Notes: a model not told the origin generated them from the sequence alone. 64,000 nt of DNA from Burkholderiales bacterium (GCA_035554435.1 DATMJC010000040.1:42222-106221); one strand, 5' to 3'; counted from the stretch's first letter, positions 16,544 through 25,594 are shown. Program-made: numbers and translations.

Positions 16544-18331
16544 TTGGATTTCTTCGAACAGCAGGAGCGCAGCCGCAGCACCTCGCGCTGGCTCGTGCTC
16601 TGGTACCTCGTTGCGGTGGCGCTTACCGTGGCGAGCTATGCCGCGGTGGGCGCGCTCCTGTCGTGGCGGCTCGCCGGCGCCATCGCCGTGCTCGTCGCGG
16701 TCTGCATCCTTTGGGTCTCCGCCTACCGCATGTGGCAGTTCCGCGAAGGCGGACACGCGGTGGCCGACCTGCTCGGCGCCTCCTACGTCGATCCGGAGCG
16801 CGCCTCCCCAGCGGAGCGCAAGCTCCTCAACGTGGTGGACGAGATGTCGATCGCGTCGGGCGTCTCGGTTCCGCCGGTATACGTCATCCGCCGCGAGGAC
16901 GCGGTCAACGCGCTCGTCGCCGGCTACTCGCCGAACGAAGCCGTGATCGTGGTCACTGCCGGGGCGGTCGAGAAGCTCTCGCGCGACGAGCTGCAAGGGG
17001 TCATGGGGCACGAATTCAGCCACATCCTGAACGGCGACATGGCGCTCAACCTGCGCCTCGCCGCGCTGCTTGCGGGCCTCACCTGGGTCGGCGACCAGGC
17101 CGAGCGGCTCTTTTTCGCCTCGGCACGCGCCCAGCGGGCGGCGGGCGACGAGGGCAGCCCGGCGGCGTTCGCCGCGGTCTTCGCCGCGGCGGTGGCGTTC
17201 ATCGGTTTTCCCGGCACGCTGGCCGCGAGCGCGATCCGGGCTGCCGTTTCGCGCCAGCGCGAGTTCCTCGCCGACGCGGCGAGCGTGCAATTCACGCGCC
17301 ACGCCGACTCGATCGCGGGCGCCCTCGACTCGATCGTGGCCCTGCACGCCCGCACCGCCGTTCTCGCAGCCAACGCGCCCGGGCTTGCGCACATGTTCTT
17401 CGCGCCGGCCGTCGGAACCTGGTTCGGCTTCGCCACCCACCCGCCGATCGACGAGCGAATCCGGCGGGTGCATCCCCGCTTCCAGCGCGAGGACTACCGG
17501 GTCCGGCGCCACGGCCGCCGCGCCGAGGTCGCGGTGCTCGACGGCGCGGGGAACATCGTCAAGAACGTGCGCATGGCGCCGGCCGGAGTGGTGGCGAGCG
17601 TGGGCCGGCCGACCCGCGAGCACCTCGATTTCAGCAGACGGCTGCTCGAGAGCCTGCCTCCGCGGCTGCGGCAGGCGCTGCGCAGCGCGCCGGAAGCCGA
17701 ACGGGTGCTCTATGCCCTGGGCGGATTTTCCGATCGGGCGGGCGACCTCGCCGGCGACGTCCGGGCGCTCGCACGGCAGTCGGTGTTGATGCTTGCCGAG
17801 CTCGCGCTTCCGGCGGTGAAGGCCCAGCCGCAATCGCAGCGCGACCGGTTCCTGACGGAATTCGCGTCGCTGGTGGAGCGCGACGCCCGCGTGACACTGA
17901 ACGAATTCGTCCTGCTGACTCTTCTGCGCCAGCGCCTGCGCGAGGGCGCGGGCGAACCGATTGCAGCTCGCTATCGCAAACTCGGCGAGATTGCGGAAGA
18001 TGCCAGGACGCTGCTGTCCCTGGTGGCGCGCGTCTCGGGTGACGCCTCGGGCAAGGCCTTCGCCGCTGGCGCGCGCGTGCTCGAGCTGGGATGGGATGCG
18101 CCGTCGGAAGGCGAGAAGCTCACGAGCGCGAGCGTTTCGGCGTCCCTCGAGCGGCTGCGCCTGCTCGCGCCCTTCGCCAAGCCGGCGTTGCTGCGCGCTT
18201 GCGTCGAGACCGCCATGGCCGACGGCAGGCTGCGCGTCGCGGAAGCCGAGCTGCTGCGCGCCATCGCCGCGACGCTCGACTGCCCGGTTCCACCGCTAGT
18301 CGCTACTTTCCAGACAGGCGTCGACGAATAG
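16544..18331 (+). CDS. M48 family (HtpX-like) zinc metallopeptidase with a long C-terminal TerB-like extension
   Basis: Two N-terminal TM helices; HEFSHILNGD (HExxH). C-terminus ...CVETAMADGRLRVAEAELLRAIAATLDCP resembles a TerB/co-chaperone-like domain. The TTG start lies 2 nt after the LemA stop. Confidence 0.75.
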   Translation: MDFFEQQERSRSTSRWLVLWYLVAVALTVASYAAVGALLSWRLAGAIAVLVAVCILWVSAYRMWQFREGGHAVADLLGASYVDPERASPAERKLLNVVDEMSIASGVSVPPVYVIRREDAVNALVAGYSPNEAVIVVTAGAVEKLSRDELQGVMGHEFSHILNGDMALNLRLAALLAGLTWVGDQAERLFFASARAQRAAGDEGSPAAFAAVFAAAVAFIGFPGTLAASAIRAAVSRQREFLADAASVQFTRHADSIAGALDSIVALHARTAVLAANAPGLAHMFFAPAVGTWFGFATHPPIDERIRRVHPRFQREDYRVRRHGRRAEVAVLDGAGNIVKNVRMAPAGVVASVGRPTREHLDFSRRLLESLPPRLRQALRSAPEAERVLYALGGFSDRAGDLAGDVRALARQSVLMLAELALPAVKAQPQSQRDRFLTEFASLVERDARVTLNEFVLLTLLRQRLREGAGEPIAARYRKLGEIAEDARTLLSLVARVSGDASGKAFAAGARVLELGWDAPSEGEKLTSASVSASLERLRLLAPFAKPALLRACVETAMADGRLRVAEAELLRAIAATLDCPVPPLVATFQTGVDE

Positions 18332-19304
18332 TATCTCGCGTCTCGAGCACGGCCTTCGCATAGGGGCCCGTCGAGCCCGAGCGTTCGACGGCGCGCTCGA
18401 TGAGGGGCAGCGCCTCTTCGTTCTTGCCTTGATCGGAAAGCGTCTGGGCGAGGTTGTTGAGCACGATCACCGAGTCCGGAGCCCGCTTCATGGCGTCGCG
18501 CAGCACGCGCTCGGCCTCGGGCAGCGCGCCCAGGGCGTAATGCGAATTGGCGAGCCCGATGGCCGCGTTGACGTTCCCGGGCCAGCGCTTGAGAAAGCTG
18601 CCGTACGCGACGCGGGCGTTTGCCGCTCCTCCTGTGCGCTCCACGGCCGCCACGGCGCTCAGCCAGCGACCCTCGTCGGCCGTGGCCGGTATGCGATCGG
18701 GCGGCAGCGCGACCATCGCCCAGTAGTTGCCGCGCTTCCAGACGACCTCGTGCACAGTGAAGGGCATCAGGTCCCGCTCGGTGGTGCCGGAGCGCAGGAC
18801 GAGCATGCCGGCGTCGTAGTCGTAGCCGACGGCGACGGCGTAATGCCAGCCATCGCCCACGCCGAGGTTCTGCAGCACGATCACCGGGTTTCCCGCGGCG
18901 AGCTCGCGCAGCAGGTCTTCGAAGCGCGGCGCGAGCTGGTACGAGACCAGGCCGTGCCGGCGTGGCGCCGCGAGCATTTCCACCTGCAGGCTCCCTTTGC
19001 GCTCCGGAAGGTAGACCTGCGCTACGAGATCCTCCGGCGTGACCTTGACGCCGGAGGCCGCGAGCACGGTCGCGAGCGCGGCCGGGCCGCACTGGAATTC
19101 CTCCTGCGGGAAGAACGGCACCTCGCGCAGCTCGGTCCGTTCCGGAAGGCCCTGCGGCAGCGCGCGGCGCAGCTCCGCGGTCTGCGGCCACATGCTCGCG
19201 CAACCCGACAGCGCGAGCGCACAGGCGCAAACAAGAACGCCCGCGACTACGCGGGCGTTCTGTGCGGTCTTTCGGCCGAGTTGCGCTAGCGTTTCCAGAC
19301 CCAC
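18303..19304 (-). CDS. PA2778 family cysteine peptidase (C39-like peptidase domain + TPR), lipoprotein
   Basis: Lipobox ALALSGC. FFPQEEFQCGPAALATVL (catalytic Cys context), GWHYAVAVGYD (His), C-terminal TPR-like repeats. Confidence 0.7.
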   Translation of the reverse strand: MGLETLAQLGRKTAQNARVVAGVLVCACALALSGCASMWPQTAELRRALPQGLPERTELREVPFFPQEEFQCGPAALATVLAASGVKVTPEDLVAQVYLPERKGSLQVEMLAAPRRHGLVSYQLAPRFEDLLRELAAGNPVIVLQNLGVGDGWHYAVAVGYDYDAGMLVLRSGTTERDLMPFTVHEVVWKRGNYWAMVALPPDRIPATADEGRWLSAVAAVERTGGAANARVAYGSFLKRWPGNVNAAIGLANSHYALGALPEAERVLRDAMKRAPDSVIVLNNLAQTLSDQGKNEEALPLIERAVERSGSTGPYAKAVLETRDTIRRRLSGK

Positions 19305-19645
19305 CAGATCGCGGCGATGATGACGATGAGGAGGATAACACCGGCGGTGTCGCCGCCCGCGGGCAGCCGCTCGATTCTCCCGGCGAGGTACGCTACCTCG
19401 GTGTCGCTCATCGCGGCGACGCGGTCCTTCGCCGTCGCGGCGTCGAGGCCCATGGACTGGAGCTGGCCCGCCACGTCGGCGCGCGAGACGAAGCTCAGCA
19501 CCGCGGCCCGGTCAGCCTGCGACGAAGGCGCCGCGGCCTGATCCGTACCGATCATACCGGCCTGGGACACCTGGTACGGCGTCCAGACCATCAACACGAT
19601 CAGCAAACGGCATATTGTTCTTGCCCAAACGGATTTCATTTGCAC
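19286..19645 (-). CDS. PA2779 family small membrane-anchored protein
   Basis: Signal-like N-terminus, central LQSMGLDAATAKDRVAAMSDTEVAYLAGRIE, C-terminal TM GVILLIVIIAAIWWVWKR. It sits immediately upstream of, and overlaps, the PA2778-like gene. Confidence 0.6.
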   Translation of the reverse strand: MQMKSVWARTICRLLIVLMVWTPYQVSQAGMIGTDQAAAPSSQADRAAVLSFVSRADVAGQLQSMGLDAATAKDRVAAMSDTEVAYLAGRIERLPAGGDTAGVILLIVIIAAIWWVWKR

Positions 19646-19787
19646 TCCTAGGATGAGATTTGGCGAACGATTGAGATGATGAGGGACTGAAAGACAGAAC
19701 GAGCACTAGCAGGAATCAAGCCGTCCGCAATCTAGCGTCCGGCATCCGGCCGATCTAGCGGACACGCTGTGCCAGAATGGCTATCGA

Positions 19788-22583
19788 ATGGTAGCGGTTG
19801 AACGACTCGGCGTAGCGCTCGGCTCCGCGATTGCGGGCGAGGTTCGCTTCGATGATGCGGCGCGTGCAGCGTACGCGTCCGACGCTTCGAACTATCGGCA
19901 GGTGCCGGTCGGCGTGGTTCTGCCGCGCAGCCCCGAGGATGTCGTCGCAGCGGTCGCGCTCTGCCGCGCGCACGATGCCGCGATCCTGCCGCGCGGCGCC
20001 GGCACCTCGATGTGCGGCCAGAGCGTCAACGCCGCCGTGGTCATCGACTGCTCGAAGTACCTCGACCGCGTGCTGGCGGTCGACCCGGTCGCGCGCACGG
20101 CGCGGGTCGAGCCGGGCGCGGTGTGCGACGCCCTTCGCGAGGCGGCGGAGGCGCATGCCCTCACGTTCGCTCCGGACCCGGCGACCCACTCGCGCTGCAC
20201 GCTCGGCGGCATGATCGGCAACAACTCCTGCGGCCCGCACTCCGTGATGGCGGGCAAGACGGTCGAGAACATCGAGCGCCTGGAGGTGCTGACCTACGAC
20301 GGCGCGCGCTTCTGGTGTGGTCCGACCGACGCTGTCGAAATGCAGCGCATCCTGTCGCTGGGCGGTCGACGGGCCGAGATCTATTCCGCGTTGCAGCGCA
20401 TCGCCCAAAAGTACGCTCCCTTGATCCGCAGCCGTTTCCCGCGGATCCGCCGGCGGGTCTCGGGATACAACCTGGACGAGCTGCTTCCGGAAAAAGGTTT
20501 CAATGTTGCGCGCGCTCTGGTCGGCTCGGAGGGCACCTGCGCGCTCACTCTGCAGGCCGAGGCGCGCCTGGTGAAAAGTCCGCGCCACCGCGTGCTCGTG
20601 GTGCGCGGCTTTCCCGACATCTTCGCCGCCGGCGACGCGGTGCCCGAGGTGCTCGCTGCCGCGCCGATCGCCTGCGAAGGCCTCGACGACGCCATCATCG
20701 GCGGCCTGCGCGAACGCGGGCTGCGACTGGCGGACATCGCGCTGCTGCCGCCCGGCAGGGGCTGGCTCATGGTCGAGTTCGGCGGCGACTCGATCGAGGA
20801 GGCGCTCGAAAAGGCGCGCGCGCTGCCGGGGCTCCTGGTGACCGACCCCGACCTCATGACGCGTCTGTGGACCATCCGCGAGACCGGCGCGTCGGCCACC
20901 GCGCTCAATCTCGCCGGCCGCGCGCCGGACCCGGTCATCGGTTGGGAGGACGCCGCCGTCGACCCGCTGCGCCTCGGCGCCTACCTGCGCGAGTTCAGCG
21001 GCCTGGTCGGGCGCTACGGTTATCGAACCTCGATCTACGGCCACTTCGGCGACGGCTGCGTCCACGCGCGCATCGACTTCGATCTGCGCAGCCACGAAGG
21101 CGTGGCCCACTGGCGCAGCTTCCTGCGCGAAGCCTCCGAGCTGGTCGTGAAGTACGGCGGCTCGCTCTCCGGCGAGCACGGCGACGGTCACGCGCGCGCG
21201 GAGTTCCTGCCGCTCATGTTCGGCGAGGAGCTGATGCAGGCGTTTCGCGAGTTCAAGGCCGCGTGGGATCCCTCGAAACGGATGAATCCTGGGAAGATCG
21301 TCGACGCGTTCCGGGTCGATGAGCATTTGCGCCTGGGGCCCCAATACAGGCCGGTCACGCTTGCCACGAAATTTTCGTTCGTTACGCCCGAGGGAAACGG
21401 CTTCGTGCGCGCGGTGGGGCACTGCGTTGGGATGGGGAAGTGCCGCGCGTCCAAGGGCGGCACCATGTGCCCGAGTTACCGCGGCACGCGCGAAGAGCGC
21501 TACTCGACCCGCGGCCGCGCGCGCCTGCTCGCCGAAATGCTGCGCGGCGAGCTCATCACGACCGGCTGGAAGAGCGAGGAAGTCAAAGAGGCGCTCGAGT
21601 GGTGCCTCGGGTGCAAGGGCTGCCGCAGCGACTGTCCGACGCACACCGACATGGCGGCCTACAAGGCCGAGTTCATGTCGCACTACTACGAGGGACGCAG
21701 GCGTCCGCGCCAGGCCTGGTCGATGGGACGCATCGGCGAGTGGGCGCCGCTCGCCTCGTCGGTGCCCTGGCTCGCCAATGCCGTTTCCAGCATGAGTCTT
21801 TCCAAACGTGTCGCGGGCGTGGCGGCCGCGCGCTCGCTGCCGAAGTTCGCCGCCCGGACGTTTCGCGCGGATTTCAAGTCGGGAAAGCGGGGCGAGCCCG
21901 CAGTGCTGTTCGACGATACGTTCAACAACCATTTTCGTCCGCAGACCGCCGCGGCGGCGCAGAAGGTGCTCGAGGCCGCGGGCTGCGCGGTGGAGCTGCC
22001 TCCCGAACACGTGTGCTGCGGCCGGCCGTACTACGACTTTGGCATGATCGAGCGCGCCAGGTCCGCGCTGGCGAGGGTCCTCGATACGCTCGCGCCGCAG
22101 CTCGAGCGGGGTCTTTCGGTCGTGGTGCTCGAGCCGGGATGCCTTTCCGTGTTCCGCGACGAGCTGCACCAGCTCTTCCGCGGCGATGCCCGCGCCGCGC
22201 GGCTCGCGACTGGCTTCGTCTCGCTGGGCGAGTTCTTGAACCGCAGGGGTTTCCGGGCCAACCTGCCAGGGAAGGTTCTGGCGCATGCGCACTGCCACCA
22301 GAAAGCGCTCTGGGGCAGCGGCGACGACGTGGAGCTCATGCGAAAGACCGGCGCCGAAGTGCTGTCGCCGGACACCGGCTGCTGCGGCATGTCGGGGTCG
22401 TTCGGCTACCGTCCCGAGTTCTATCAGACCTCGCGGCGGATCGCCGGGCTCGAGCTGCTGCCGGCGCTGCAGGCGGCAAGCGACGCGACGGTGGTGGCAA
22501 ACGGATTTTCCTGCCGCGAGCAGATCGAGGGCCTCGCCGCCAGGCCGACCCTGCATCTCGCCGAGCTCCTCGCCAGGGCATGA
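19788..22583 (+). CDS. FAD-binding (GlcD/D-lactate dehydrogenase-like) and Fe-S/CCG-domain fusion oxidoreductase (YdiJ-like)
   Basis: N-terminal PCMH-type FAD domain (ILPRGAGTSMCGQS); central CxxCxxCxxxCP (CLGCKGCRSDCP); C-terminal cysteine-rich CCG-type repeats (HVCCGRPY, TGCCGMSGSFG). Confidence 0.85.
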   Translation: MVAVERLGVALGSAIAGEVRFDDAARAAYASDASNYRQVPVGVVLPRSPEDVVAAVALCRAHDAAILPRGAGTSMCGQSVNAAVVIDCSKYLDRVLAVDPVARTARVEPGAVCDALREAAEAHALTFAPDPATHSRCTLGGMIGNNSCGPHSVMAGKTVENIERLEVLTYDGARFWCGPTDAVEMQRILSLGGRRAEIYSALQRIAQKYAPLIRSRFPRIRRRVSGYNLDELLPEKGFNVARALVGSEGTCALTLQAEARLVKSPRHRVLVVRGFPDIFAAGDAVPEVLAAAPIACEGLDDAIIGGLRERGLRLADIALLPPGRGWLMVEFGGDSIEEALEKARALPGLLVTDPDLMTRLWTIRETGASATALNLAGRAPDPVIGWEDAAVDPLRLGAYLREFSGLVGRYGYRTSIYGHFGDGCVHARIDFDLRSHEGVAHWRSFLREASELVVKYGGSLSGEHGDGHARAEFLPLMFGEELMQAFREFKAAWDPSKRMNPGKIVDAFRVDEHLRLGPQYRPVTLATKFSFVTPEGNGFVRAVGHCVGMGKCRASKGGTMCPSYRGTREERYSTRGRARLLAEMLRGELITTGWKSEEVKEALEWCLGCKGCRSDCPTHTDMAAYKAEFMSHYYEGRRRPRQAWSMGRIGEWAPLASSVPWLANAVSSMSLSKRVAGVAAARSLPKFAARTFRADFKSGKRGEPAVLFDDTFNNHFRPQTAAAAQKVLEAAGCAVELPPEHVCCGRPYYDFGMIERARSALARVLDTLAPQLERGLSVVVLEPGCLSVFRDELHQLFRGDARAARLATGFVSLGEFLNRRGFRANLPGKVLAHAHCHQKALWGSGDDVELMRKTGAEVLSPDTGCCGMSGSFGYRPEFYQTSRRIAGLELLPALQAASDATVVANGFSCREQIEGLAARPTLHLAELLARA

Positions 22584-23935
22584 GCGCCGAGCTCGGGCCG
22601 GCCGTGATCGCCTTCGTCGTCTTGGCGTGCCTGCTCGCGGGTTTCGGCCACGGCGCGCTTGGCTTCGGCTTCCCGATCGTCGCCACGCCGCTCGTGGCGC
22701 TCGCGATCGACATCAGGTCCGCGATCGCGCTGCTCGCGCCGATCACGCTCGTGCTCACGGTGATCTCGGCGCTGCGCGGCGTCGCCCTCTCGTCGATAGT
22801 GCGCGAATTCTGGTTCCTGCCGCTCGCTACGGCGCTCGGGGCCTGGCTCGGCACGCGCATCCTCCTTGCGATGCCCCCGGAGCCCTTTCTCCTCATACTG
22901 GCGGGGGTGATCCTTCTTTACCTCAATCTCGACCGCGTCGGCCGCGGCCGCAGCGCGCTGGTCCAGCGGCTGCGCGTGCCGTTCGGCGCAGCGTTCGGCT
23001 TTGTCGCCGGCGTGTGCGAGGCGGTAGCCAACGTCGCCGGCCCGATCCTGCTGATCTACTTCATGCTGCTCGGCCTCGCGCCGGCGCAGGTCGTGCAGAC
23101 GCTGAACCTGTGCTTCTCGCTCGGCAAGGGCGCCCAGACCGCCACCTGGGCGATGTCGGGCGAGATCAGCGTGGGTGGCTGGCTCCTGATCGGCGCGCTC
23201 ACCGTGCCTTCGGTGGCGGCGCTTTTCGCCGGCATGCGTGTGCGCAGCCGCATCGACGCACCGACGTACCGGCGCTGGCTCCGCGGCGCGCTATGGATCA
23301 TGGCGGTTCTCCTGCTCGTCCAGTTTTCGACCCGCGTGTCGGCGTCCGAGGAAGCCCTGTGGCGCGCGATCGAGCAGGACGACGAAGCCGCCGCGCTCGC
23401 GCTGGTGCGCGCCGGAAACCTCGACGTCAAGGCGCGCAACGCGGCGGGCGACACGCCGCTGCACCGCGCGGCGGAAAAGGGGATGCGCTCCCTCGCCGAG
23501 TCGCTGCTCGCGCGTGGCGCCGAGGTCAACGCGCGCTCCAAGAACGGCGAGACCCCGCTTCACTTCGCCGCGCTGGACGCAGACGTGTCGGTCGCCGAGC
23601 TGCTGCTCGACGCCGGCGCCGACCCGGGCGCGCAGAACAACGACGGCGAGTCGGTCCTGATGTGGGCGGCCCTGAGCGGCCATGTCGCGGTGGCGCAGCG
23701 CCTGCTCGCGCGCGGCGCCGACGCCAACGCCCGGGACCGCAAGGGCAGCCTGCCGCTGCACGCGGCGGCCGACGGCGGCCATCTCGAGCTCGCTCGCATG
23801 CTGTTGCCCCGCACCAAGGAGCCGCAGGCGAAAAACGGAGCTGGCAGGAGCGCGCTCGATTACGCGCGCGCCAACGGCTATGCCCAGATCGAGAAGCTGC
23901 TAGAAGGCCCGACCAGCCTAGAAGGCCCCAATTAG
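22580..23935 (+). CDS. TSUP (TauE/SafE) family membrane transporter fused to C-terminal ankyrin repeats
   Basis: ATGA overlap with the upstream stop. About 250 aa of polytopic membrane domain (GFGHGALGFGFPIVATPL...). This is followed by at least 4 ankyrin repeats (GDTPLHRAAEKG, GETPLHFAAL, GESVLMWAALSGH, GSLPLHAAADGGH). Confidence 0.75.
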   Translation: MSAELGPAVIAFVVLACLLAGFGHGALGFGFPIVATPLVALAIDIRSAIALLAPITLVLTVISALRGVALSSIVREFWFLPLATALGAWLGTRILLAMPPEPFLLILAGVILLYLNLDRVGRGRSALVQRLRVPFGAAFGFVAGVCEAVANVAGPILLIYFMLLGLAPAQVVQTLNLCFSLGKGAQTATWAMSGEISVGGWLLIGALTVPSVAALFAGMRVRSRIDAPTYRRWLRGALWIMAVLLLVQFSTRVSASEEALWRAIEQDDEAAALALVRAGNLDVKARNAAGDTPLHRAAEKGMRSLAESLLARGAEVNARSKNGETPLHFAALDADVSVAELLLDAGADPGAQNNDGESVLMWAALSGHVAVAQRLLARGADANARDRKGSLPLHAAADGGHLELARMLLPRTKEPQAKNGAGRSALDYARANGYAQIEKLLEGPTSLEGPN

Positions 23936-24904
23936 CCGCTCGTACGACCGGGTGCGCGAGGCGTAGTCGCCGGTAATGGTGAGGACCATCATCTCATCGG
24001 CGCCGTAGCGTCCAGCCATCGCCTCGAGCTCCTCGCGCACCCGCCGCGGGCCCCCGATGACTGCCCGGGCCCGCTGCCCGGCGACATATTCGCGCTCCGC
24101 AACGGTGTACTGGTGGGCTGCGGCCTCCTCGGCAGTGGGCACGGGCGAGTCGATATTGAGCGCCATGTGCAGCCGCCGCAGGTCGATGGGCCGCGCCAGC
24201 CGCTCGGCGTCTTCATCGTCCTCGCCGCAGATGGCGAACGCGCAGACCATGGTTCGGGGCGAGGGCTCGTGACCAGGGCGGAAATGCTCGCGATAGGCCT
24301 GCATCACTTCCTCGCCGCCGCGCGGGTTGATGAAATGAGCGAACGCGAACGCCATGCCGAGCTGCGCGGCGAGTGCGCCGCTGTAGTCCGAGGAGCCGAG
24401 GAGCCAGATCTCCGGCGCCGTCGGGACTTCGGGCTGGAGGCGCACGCGCTTGTAGGGATGGTCGGGGGGCAGCCTGCCGGCGAGGTGGGCGGCGAGCTCC
24501 CATACCTGCTGCGGAAACTGCTCGGCGTCCGGAAACCCGCCGCCGGCGACTGCCTGCGCGGTCCTGGCGTCGCCGCCGGGGGCGCGCCCGACACCAAGGT
24601 CGATGCGCCCGGGATAGAGCGCCTCGAGCATGCGAAATGCCTCCGCGGTCCGGAAGGCGGCGTAGTAGGGCAGCAGGATCCCGCCGGTCCCTATGCGCAG
24701 CCGGGAGGTCTCTGCGCCCAGGCGTGCCACGAGCACCTCGGGGCAGGGGTCTGCGAGTGCGGCGATCGCATGGTGCTCGGCCAGCCAGTAGCGGTGGTAG
24801 CCCAGCGCCTCGGCGCGGCGGGCGAGCGCCAGCGTCTCCAGGATCGCGCGGCGCGCGTCATGGCCGGCGATGACGGGCGACTGATCGAGGATCGAAAGCT
24901 TCAT
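23918..24904 (-). CDS. LLM-class flavin-dependent oxidoreductase (luciferase family, YhbW/MsnO8-like)
   Basis: MKLSILDQSP...GYHRYWLAEHH...GTGGILLPYY...IDLGVGRAPG. Confidence 0.8.
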   Translation of the reverse strand: MKLSILDQSPVIAGHDARRAILETLALARRAEALGYHRYWLAEHHAIAALADPCPEVLVARLGAETSRLRIGTGGILLPYYAAFRTAEAFRMLEALYPGRIDLGVGRAPGGDARTAQAVAGGGFPDAEQFPQQVWELAAHLAGRLPPDHPYKRVRLQPEVPTAPEIWLLGSSDYSGALAAQLGMAFAFAHFINPRGGEEVMQAYREHFRPGHEPSPRTMVCAFAICGEDDEDAERLARPIDLRRLHMALNIDSPVPTAEEAAAHQYTVAEREYVAGQRARAVIGGPRRVREELEAMAGRYGADEMMVLTITGDYASRTRSYERLIGAF

Positions 24905-25076
24905 CGTTTGCCTGAGCCGTCGTGGACGGGCGACACGAAAGACACTTGTGGATCAAGGCCGTTCGCACGCATGTGCCACTGTACGTCGTTACGCGGCGAC
25001 GCTTTTCGCATGAATGACTTGTAATGCTTTCTCCGACCCGTCTGCAATGCGCTGATCGTACTAGGTAAACGATTCT

Positions 25077-25092
25077 TGGCACGCTGATTGCA
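25077..25092 (+). promoter_or_regulatory. sigma-54 (RpoN) promoter, -24/-12 elements TGGCACG-N4-TTGCA
   Basis: The sequence cTTGGCACGCTGATTGCAg is read directly. It matches the consensus TGGCACG-N4-TTGCW at every conserved position (GG at 25078-79, GC at 25090-91). It lies in a lower-GC gap about 30 nt upstream of the 25123 ATG. Confidence 0.6.
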
Positions 25093-25122
25093 GGGGGATG
25101 TGCAAGAACTCTTTACCCCGTC

Positions 25123-25233
25123 ATGGACCCCAAGTTCATCCAGCACGTTCATCCGGCATTGTCGATTGCCACCATGGTGCTGCTCGCGCTTGCGGTCGCG
25201 GGCGTGCTGCTGGCGACCGGGTTGCTCCAATGA
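25123..25233 (+). CDS. 36-aa hydrophobic micro-protein (single TM helix)
   Basis: Not in the track (too short). MDPKFIQHVHPALSIATMVLLALAVAGVLLATGLLQ. 30 of 36 codons end in G/C, like real genes here, whereas the overlapping frame of the listed 25098 ORF is poor in G/C at position 3. The stop overlaps the next start (ATGA, 25230-25233). No obvious Shine-Dalgarno sequence. Confidence 0.45.
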   Translation: MDPKFIQHVHPALSIATMVLLALAVAGVLLATGLLQ

Positions 25234-25556
25234 GCGAAATGCGAGTCAAGCAGGAAGCGTTCGCCTTGGCGCAAGCCTGCCTTGGGTTCGTCATCCTCGC
25301 GCTCGTGCTCCTTGGCATTGGCGGCACCATCTACAAGATCATTTCGCCCGACGGCTGGGTGGCGCAGGCGTTCGGCCGCAGCCTCTCCGCCGGCGCGGCG
25401 GCGCTCGGCTCCCTGATCATGGTAGTCGCGCTTGCGTGGTTCTCGCGCGGCAGCTCCCCCCGCCGGCGCACGCAATTCGCCGACGTCGCGATCTATGGGT
25501 TCGCGGCGGCCGGGCTCCTCTACGTCGTGCAGCTCTGGATCCGAGGCAGTTTCTGA
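25230..25556 (+). CDS. 108-aa integral membrane protein (3 predicted TM helices), family unknown
   Basis: Trimmed from the 25098 ORF to MSEMRVKQEAFALAQACLGFVILALVLLGIGG.... The upstream 44 codons of the track ORF have non-coding-like composition and lie upstream of the predicted sigma-54 transcription start. Confidence 0.6.
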   Translation: MSEMRVKQEAFALAQACLGFVILALVLLGIGGTIYKIISPDGWVAQAFGRSLSAGAAALGSLIMVVALAWFSRGSSPRRRTQFADVAIYGFAAAGLLYVVQLWIRGSF

Positions 25557-25594
25557 TGCGCTGACCGGTCCAAAGCCGCAGTACCGTCTCCCCT

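Noticed and set aside
24961-24985. Second sigma-54-like site on the minus strand (GTGGCACATGCGTGCGAAC) upstream of the LLM oxidoreductase
   Set aside because: The GG-to-GC spacing is 9 nt instead of 10, and the -12 element reads GTGC/TGCG rather than TTGC. This is not convincing without experimental data.
25098-25229. The ATG at 25098 as the start of a 152-aa protein
   Set aside because: The first 44 codons are poor in G/C at position 3 and encode a Cys/Arg/Gly-rich string. The alternative frame encodes a clean TM helix with high GC3. The ATG also lies upstream of the transcription start predicted from the sigma-54 promoter.
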